Below are positions 52,686-61,600 of a stretch of 64,000 nucleotides of DNA, piece after piece (within the stretch, counting starts at the first letter, position 1; each line of letters opens with the position of its first letter). The translations under genes and the position numbers were made by a program. Location: assembly GCA_963785305.1 (NCBI GenBank), contig CAWAUV010000002.1, positions 224,001 to 288,000 of the forward strand, written 5' to 3'. Below the pieces are notes generated by a model. That model made no database searches. It saw only the letters and a program-made list of their open reading frames with translations, and was not told the DNA's origin. Source of the DNA: an uncultured Planctomycetaceae bacterium (GTDB lineage Bacteria; Planctomycetota; Planctomycetia; Pirellulales; PALSA-1355).

Positions 52686-55600
52686 TCAGGCGCTCGGGAC
52701 AACTTCCCGGCGTGTTCGCCGGCGAACCATGATCGCCACCAGCACTCCCACCGCGGCCAAGAGGCCGAGCACAATCGAACTCGGCTCGGGCACCACCGTC
52801 AACACGACATCCGACTGATTGATCGGACCGGCGCCGTAAGTAAGCGAGTAGGTGTACGAGGTGCCGGTGATCGGACCGGTCGAACTCAAGAACGAGCCAT
52901 TGGTCGTGTTTGGATCGATCAGCAGATAGTTCTGTCCGATGGCCACGGTGCCATCGCCCGCGACACTCAGCGTAGCGCCCGCTCCGGAACCGCCGACGCC
53001 ATCGAGATTCACCACGCCCACGAGCGCCTTGAAGTAGGCATAGCCGGTCGAGGGCAGGCCATTGGCCAGCAGTGTCATGCTACCCATGGCGCTGGTGAGA
53101 TTCACATCCATCGTCGAGCCCGGATTCAGGGTAAGCGCGGTGCTTGAACCGGTGGCCTTCACATCCGTGAGAGTGCTGTTACTGGGCGACACGAGCCCTC
53201 CGTTGACCGCGGGATTGTACCCCGGCATGAAGATGCCGCCGGCGGCGACCGTGATACCGCTGGTCGAGCTGGCGAAAGTGATTGTGCCGGAGCCTCCGAG
53301 CGTGGCGCCCGAATTGACTTGGTAGTTGCCCGCGCCCAGGCCGGTGGCGCCATGCGTGCCATCGATAAAGAGGGTTCCGGCGCTGACGGTGGTCGTGCCG
53401 TTGTAGGTGTTGGCGCCCGAGAGCGTGGTCGTGCCCGCGCCGGTCTGGGTCAAATTGCCTAGTCCTTGAATCGCCGCGGCGACCGTAAGGCTGACATTAT
53501 TGTTAAAGTTAAGCACCGAGTTGGCGGCGACCAGATTCACGGCGCCCGAACCCAAAGTGCCCGCGCCGCTGACCGACAGCGTGCTGCCGGTATTGACATT
53601 GAATTGGCCGCTATAGCCACTGTTGCCGCCCGTGAGCACCAGCGTGCCGGGGCCGGCTGAAGTGAGCGCGTTGGATCCGCTCAAGGCGCCGCCCAGGGTA
53701 AGCGAGCCGGCGTTGATCGTGACCGTCGCCGCCGCGGCGACATTCACCGCGCCGGTTCCCAGGTTCAAGGAGTTCGTGCCGACAAACGTGAAGGCGCCAT
53801 TGAGGGTGACCGGCACATTGTTGGCGATGGTCGAGAACGCCGACGCGCCGCTGGCGGTGTTGTCGAGCGACACGGAATTCGAGTTGCTGCCCACGGCGAA
53901 GGCGCCGGTTCCCAAGGCGGCGCTATTGCCCAGGTCGAGCGTGCCGTTGGAGAGCGTCAGGCCACCGGAGAAGGTGTTGGCGCCCGAAAGGGTGACGGTG
54001 GCGCTGGGCGCCGCAATCAGCACGGACGTCGTTTGCGTGCCGGCGCCGAGCACATCTTGGATCGTGCCACCGAACGAGCTCGCTCCGCTCACGGTGATCG
54101 TTCCACCAGCCGACGTGCTGCTATTGCCGATCACGCCAGAGCCGGTGAGCGAGCCCACCGTCACGGCGTTGCCGTTGAGATCGAGCGTGCCAGGCCCGGC
54201 GATCGACAGCGCGTTCGACGCGGCGCCGAGCGGGGTGGTCGAGCCGCCAAGTTGAAGCGTGCCAGCCGTGATCGCGTTCGGGCCGGTGTAGGCGTTGGCG
54301 CCCGAGAGCACCAACATCGACGTGGCGCTATTCTCGGTCACGCCCGTCACGCTCGAGCCGATGACGGCGCTGATCGTGCTCACGCCGGTTCCCGTGCCGC
54401 TGTTGGTGAGCGAGCCGATATTATTGAGACTTGCGGTCGAGATTGTGATACCGCCGGTCGAGTTGTCGGCCAACGTGAGGCTGCCCGTGTTCGTGACTCC
54501 GCCGGAAATGGTCAACAGGTTGACCCCCGCGCTCTTCCATGTTTGGCTGCCGCCCAGTTGGATCGGAGCGCTCACGAAATCGGCGCCGGCGCCGGCCAGC
54601 ACCTGGATGCCAATACCCGCCGCCGGACCGCCGCCGCCGCTATTCACTCCGGCGGCGGTAATTGTGAGACTGTTCGACGAGCCCGCGATGGTCACGCTTC
54701 CGGGGCTGGCGTTCGCCGAGCCGGTTCCGGTGAAGGTAAGGCTGTTGATCGTGAAATTGGCGCCCAACGTTTGGTTGAGATTCGTCGCCGAGGCGGCGGT
54801 TTCATAAACATCCGTCACCGTGCCGGGCACAGCCTGGGTGTCGGTTCCCATCGGAGCGTTGAGCCAGTTGGTGGTATTGCTGGTGAGCGTGTTCCAGAAT
54901 CCATCGCCGCGGGCGCCGCCCCAGTAAGCAGCCGTCGGAGTCGGCACGGCGTTGACCACCACGAGGTCTTCTTCCTTGCCGTTGGCATTAGCCTGCAGGG
55001 TGTAGGTTGCCGTGCCGACGGTTTCGGTGTTCGTCGAGGTCGACTGGAACTGGAATGCGCCACCGCCAGAGACGCTCGCATAGGTAATAAGCGGATAGGT
55101 GCCCGAGGCGAGCGTGGCGCCGGTGACGTTTACATTGATCGCGCCGCTGTCGCTCAATTTGCCTTGGTCGACCACGGTGTCGACGGTGGTGTTCGTGGGC
55201 GAGTTGAAGTTGAGCACTCCGGCGCCGAGGGTGAGGCCGGTGTTGGCGGCGCCGGAATTGATGTTCAGCGTGGTGAAATGTCCCGGATCGACAAAGCTGA
55301 ATGTCGCGCCCGAGGCGATGCTCACGCTGCCCGCGGCGCCGGAGCCGATCGTGTAGCTGCTCGTGCCAATGGGCGCCCCGCCGATGGCGAGCGTGGCGCC
55401 GCTGGCCACGGAGATCGCCGTGCCCGACATCGATCCGCCGGCGCCCAGGGTAAGCGTGCCGGCGCTCACGGTGGTGGCGCCCGTGTAGGTGTTGTTTCCG
55501 CTGAGTGTTTGATTCAGGTTCGACGCGTTCATGGTCAGAGCCAAGTCGGCGGTCGTGGCCGAAGCGATCACGCCACTAAATGTGGCGGCGGTGACCGTGC

Positions 55601-58600
55601 CGGGGTTGATCGTCAGCACTTTCGCGCTGGCGGCCGAATTGGTCAAAATGCCGCTGCCCGAGAGTGAGCCGATGCCAAGCGAGTTGCCGTTGAGATTCAA
55701 CTCCGCCGTTGAGCCGATCGAGATCGCGGCCGTGTTGTTTCCCGCCCCGCCCAAGGCGCTGGCGCCACCCATCGTCAAGAGACCCGCCGAGACATTGACC
55801 GGGCCCGTGAAGGTATTGGTTCCGCTGAGCGTGAGGGCGCCGGCGCCGGCCTTTGTGAAGCCGAGCGTGCCCGACGAATCGGAAATCGTGCCCGAGATCG
55901 TGTCGGTGAGATTCGCCGCGGTCACGGAAATCGTCGGGCCCACGCCATTGAGGTTCATGTTGCCCGAGAGCGTGATGGCGTTGGTCACTGTTCCGGCGGT
56001 GCCGCCTAGGGTCAGGCTGCCGCCGGTTTGGAAGGTGATCGGAGTGGCGACTACCGGTGTGGCGGCCGAGCCAAGGAGAGTGCCCGGGCCGCTGATCGCG
56101 AGCGAGCTGCCGCTGGCGCCGAGCGAGGTGGCATTGCCCAAAATCAGCGAGCCGCCCGCCAAGTTCCACGACAACACCGCCGCCTGGGCATTGGGCAGCG
56201 CGAGCGAGCCGGCGCCAGCCTTGGTGATGGCGCCGCTGGATGTGATTTGCGAGGTGATTTCGAGATCGTTCGTCGAGAGGCCCGAGGTGGTGATCGTGGC
56301 GCCGGTTCCGCTCGCGAGGTTAAGGGTTGTGCCGGAGATCGTCGGCACGACTCCCAGGTAATCGTTGTTCGAGGTGATCGGCGTGGCGGAGGTCAAATCG
56401 AGCAATGTGCCGACGGCCGCGGCTGGCTGGCCGCCGGTGGTGCCATCGAGCGCCCAAGTCAAACTGTTGAGCGTGTTCGTGCCAATGAGCGTCAGTCCGC
56501 CGCCCGACTGGAAGGTGACATTGCTCGTCGCCGCGATCTGACCTTGGTTCAAGTTTTCGTTGACGCCCGAATTGCCGATCACGAGGTTGCCGGGAATCAC
56601 GATCGAGCCGGGTAGGCCGCTCAGATTCATCGTGCCGGTGGAAGTGGCGCCGCCGTTGTCGTAGGTCGTGCCGCTATACGTGTTCGACATCGCGTTGAAC
56701 ACAAGCGTCGCGGTCGACGCCGTTGCCGTGGCGGGCTGCGAAAGCGTGAACGTGTCCGTCGTGCCGAGGCTGACGCCGGTGATCGTGGTTCCGCCGGCGA
56801 TGTTCGTCGAGCTGCCGATCGTCATGCCCACGGTGGGCGTGAAACCCGCGGGCAAGGCAGTCGCGAGAATCGAGATCGAGTTGTTGCCGGCCGTGGTCGA
56901 GCCGGTGGCCGTGCTTTGGGCTGGAGCGAAGGTGATTTGATTCGTGGCCGCCGTGGCGCCAGTATTCGCGGACAAGGTCACGTTCGTGCCGCTGATCGAG
57001 GTGATGGTCGAGCCGGCGGTGATATTCGTGCCCGAGACCCCCATGCCGACATACAAACCCGTGGCGCTGCCGACCGGAAGAATATTCGATGTAGCGGGCA
57101 CGGCGACCGTTTCAACGACTTCGGGCGTGAGCGTGAGCGTGCCCGCGCCGGAGCGGGCCAGACTGACCGAGGCGCCATTGGGATTGTCGACGATCTGGCT
57201 ATTCAACGTTTGCGCGTTGATATTTGTAAAATAATAGAGTGTCGCCGAGCCGGAGCTTTGGCTGCCACCAGCGGTGAGCTGCCCGCCCTGAATCGTCACG
57301 CCCTTCGTGGCGGAATCGTTCACCAAGAGGCCGCCGGTTCCGATATTGAGCACCTGGGACTGGTCGTTGAGCCCGATCACGGTGGCGGCGCCGGGCGAAC
57401 GCACGGCGAACGAATTCACCGTTTCGCTCTTGATCGCGGTGGTCGTCGCGGTGGCCTGATAGTTTACGGTTGCGCTAGCGCCGGTGGCTGGCAGAGTCGT
57501 GTAGCTCGACACGGCCACGACGCCTTGCGTGGCCGAGTAGCTGGCGAAGTCGACGCCATTGACGATGGCCCAGCCGCCGATGATGCCATTGTTCGCGGCT
57601 GCCAAGGTGGTCGTGGGCGTGCCATTGACCGCCGTGATATACATCTGCGGATTGCCGGCGGTTCCGCCGAAGGTCTGGTTGGCGCCGGGAACGAAATTCA
57701 CTTCCGCGCCATTGGCCTGATTCAGGCTTGCCGCATAGAGCGTGAAGGAGCCGTTTTGGACCGTGTTTGCATACTGCGAGAGCTGGATCGTATTGGTTCC
57801 GCCATTGAGCGACACGGCGCCAATGCTTTCGCTCTCCACCGCCATCGCCGCGGCGATCAAGAGCGTGCCGCCATTGAAGTTGACCGGCGCGATCGCCGGA
57901 ATGCGGCTGGTGTTGTCGGCCAAGCCGGTGTTGTCGAGCGTGAGCTGGGCGTAGTTGAGGTTGATCGAGCTCGTGTTGGTTAGCGAGCCCAGATCACGCA
58001 GGGCGAGCGTGCCATTGTCCACATAGGTGGCGCCGGTGTAGCTCGAGGGGCTGGTGAGAATCGTGGTCTGAACAGCGGTCGTGCCTTCCTTGTAGAACGA
58101 CAGATTGCCGGAAATCACGCCGCCATAGTTGCCGCTGACGCCGGACACGATGAAGTTGGCTGGAGTGAGGCTCGAATTGGTGACGACCGCGCCCGGGCTC
58201 GCGGCCGTGCCGCCAGCGTAGGGCGTCGTGTTCTGGCTCGAGAACACACCGACCATTTGGCTATTGCCGTTGAGGTCGAGCGTGCCGCCATTGACTTGCA
58301 GGCTCATGAGCGTGGGAATGGTCGCCGTGGGCTGCGCCGAGATCGTGTTCGCGCCGCCGGCGAGTTGCAATGTGCCGCCATTGATCGCCACGGTCTGGGC
58401 GCCGTTGAGACTGTAGAAGGGCTGCTGCAAGATCGCTTCGCCGGCGCCGGCCTTGACAAAGCTGCTGCTGAGATTGAGCACCGAGTTGATCGTAAGCGTG
58501 CTCGTGGCGCTGGGAACTTGGATATCGTAGGTATCGCCATTGGCGAGTTCGCCAATCGAAATGCTGTTCGTGGCGCCCAGGGCCAGAATGCCGCCCTGCG

Positions 58601-61600
58601 ATAGCGTCAAGGTCAAGAGCCCGCCCGATGCGCTCCAAGGATTGTTGGCTTCGAGGCCCGAGCTCACTCCGGCGGCGGTCGTGAGCAGTGTGAGCGTGCC
58701 GGGGTTCGTGTTCGCCGAAATCACGCCGGCCGCGGAAGTCGAGAGGCCGACATTGGTTGTATTCGCGGCCACGCCCGTGAGGCTATTGAAAAGCTCGGTC
58801 GAAGGATTGAGCGGGCGAAGCTGTCCGGTGGTGGAATCCTTGGTGGCGAATCCCGTCACGCCGCTGGCCGTGTCGGTCATGACGATATCTTCGCGCACCG
58901 GCATGATCGTGGTCCCATTGGTTCCGAGCCCGCCGCGCATCGTGATAGTCGTGGGCACGACCGTGGCGTCGCCGGCCAAGGGCGCCGACGTGGCGTTGGA
59001 CACCGAGAGGCCAGCGCCTTGGATATAAAGCGTTCCGTCTTGTCCCTGATTCGGAACCGAATTCAAACTGGCATAGACGCCCGCGGCGCCGGGGGAATTC
59101 AGAGAGAGCGTGCCGCCGCCATCGAGCGAGTTGATCGTGCCCAAGGCTTCGCTCACGCCGGTCGTGGCGTTGCCGTTGATTGCGAGCGTGCCGCCGTAGA
59201 AGTTGATTCCGCGAACCGTGGTGGTGTTGCCCACCGTGGCCGAGATCAATTGATCGACGCCGCCCAGGCGGTTATTCAGCGCGCTGGATGAATTGTCGAG
59301 TGTCAGCGTGCCGCCGGTGGCGAGGGTATAGGTCGAGAAACCGAGTTGGCCGCTCGCGCCCGACACGGTGACGCCGCCGCCATTGATGGCGAGCGCGCCG
59401 AGGTTCGGATTCGTGCTGCCGGTTCCCAGATTGCCGCCGGTGAGCGTGAGCGAGCCGCCATCGTTGGTGATGTTCAGCACGCCAGCCGCGGTCGAGTTGG
59501 TAATCGCTCCGCTAAAAGTGGAGCTCACGCCGCCGGCGCCCAGGCCCACGCTGCCGGCGCCGACGATCAATGTGCCATTGGTGCTGCCCGTGCTTAAGGT
59601 GTTGGTCACCGTGCCCGAGCCGCTGAGGGCGCCGATGGCGCCGGTGTAGCCGCGGAGGTCGAGCGTGGCGCCAGCGGCCAAGTTCACTTGGGAATTCACG
59701 ATCGAGCCAAAGGTGGCCGCCACGCCGCTCGTGGCCGTGGGACCGAACACCAGGGTCGTGCTCGAGGTCACATTAGTCCCATTCGCGTAGAGGCTCTGAC
59801 CGTTGAACGAGATCACGCCGCCGCCGGTGAGGGTGAGCGGGGTAGTGACCGGAGCGGAAAGGCTCAGGGCAGCCGCGATATTCAGGTCCACATTCAGCGG
59901 CGAGATCGCATTGGCGGCCGCGGAGATCGTCGGCGTGGCGCTGGTCATTTTCACGAAGCTATCGACGCTGGGAACCAACCAAGCGTCGGTCGACATGGCG
60001 TTGGTGATGCCGCCGGTGATCGTGAGCAGGCCCGAGCCGGTTTCGACCGTGGCGCCGAGCGCGTTGAGGTCGCCGCTGATGTTGTTCAGCACCAAATTGG
60101 CGATCGTGTTGTTGAAGCCATTGAGGTTCAAGAGCGCGCCGCCGTTGAGCGTGACCGTGGCGGTCGGAGCTATTTGGCTACTCTGCTGGAAGGTGGTGGT
60201 GTCGTTTAGCGAATCGCCAGAGGACACGCCGCCGGTGATCACCACATTGCCCGGGATTGCCACGCCCAAGCCGCTATTGAGCGTGACATTGAGGCCATTC
60301 AAATAAGTCGTGCCCAGATAGGTGTTGTTCGAGGTAAGGGCGAGCGTGGCGCCGGTATTGAGCGAATCGGCCACGACATTCAAGCCGCCGGCCACGCCAT
60401 TGTCGATGATCGAGGAATTGACCGTGAGCGTGTTGGCGCCAACGTGGAAGTACAACTGATTCTGACTCGCGCCGGCCGTGATCTGGCCCGAGCCGGCGAT
60501 GGCGCCGATCGCCTTGGCGTTGTTATCCGCGCCGGTGAGAATGCCGCCGGTGGTCACGGTAAGCGTGTCACCGTGGTTGGTGAAGCTCACGGTCGCCGCG
60601 GCATTGATAATCGACAGCGTGTTGAGCGTGACACCGCCCGAGGGCAAGGTCACATTGCCGGCCACGCGCACATTGTTGCCGGTGGCGATCGCGGTGGTGA
60701 GATCGGCGTTCAAGTTCGTCAGACCATTCGTCGTTTCGACCGCGAAACCGGGCTCGAAGGTTTGGCCAACGTAGGGGTCGATCTGATTGACCACGGCCCA
60801 GGCGCCGAGAATGCCGTTGGTGTTGGCGGGCGATCCGGCCAAGGTCACATTGGTCGCGTCGCCAATGCCATTGGCGCCGGTGAAGTACACGGTGGCGCCG
60901 ACGCTAGGCGTGAGCGCGGCGCCCGAACCCGTGCCTATCGTCAGCGAGGCGCCGCCGTTGGTCGGAGTGAGCGTGAACATGTTCGAGCCGGCCGCGAGCG
61001 TCACATTGCCGATCGCGACGGAGTCTTGGGTGTTTCCCCGGCCATCGAGCACGAAAGAGCCGGTGTTCATGGTGATGGGCGTGGCTGCGGGAATGCGCTG
61101 GGCCACGGCCTGCGTGCCGGTATCGTTCCAAGTGAGCACGCCGCCATTGAGGTTGATGGCGCTCGTGCCGGTCAGGGCGCCGAGGTCTTGCAGCATGGTG
61201 TTGCCGCCCTGGATCGTGGTCGTGCCGGTGTAGGCGCTGACCGATTCCAAGGTCAATGTGTACCCGGAACTGCGCACCACATTCAAATTCCCGGTGATTT
61301 CGCCGGCGAACGTTTGGCTGCCCGTGAGCGTGGTCGACAGGGTGGAGGTCGTCGCGCTGGTGTTTGTCACCACGCCGCCTGTGTTGGGCAGCGTGCCGGC
61401 GCTACTGAGGTTGGCGAGCGATTGGTTCGTGCCATTCAAGTCGAGCGTGCCGCCCAGGTTGACTTGCATTACTTGAGCGCTCGACGAGGTATAGCCAGCG
61501 GTGCTGCCGGTGGAGTTGGCGAAGCTGGGCGTCGTGAAGAGCGTTTGATTGCCGGCGGCGAGTTGGAGCGTGCCGCCGTTGACATAGGTATTGCCGATAT

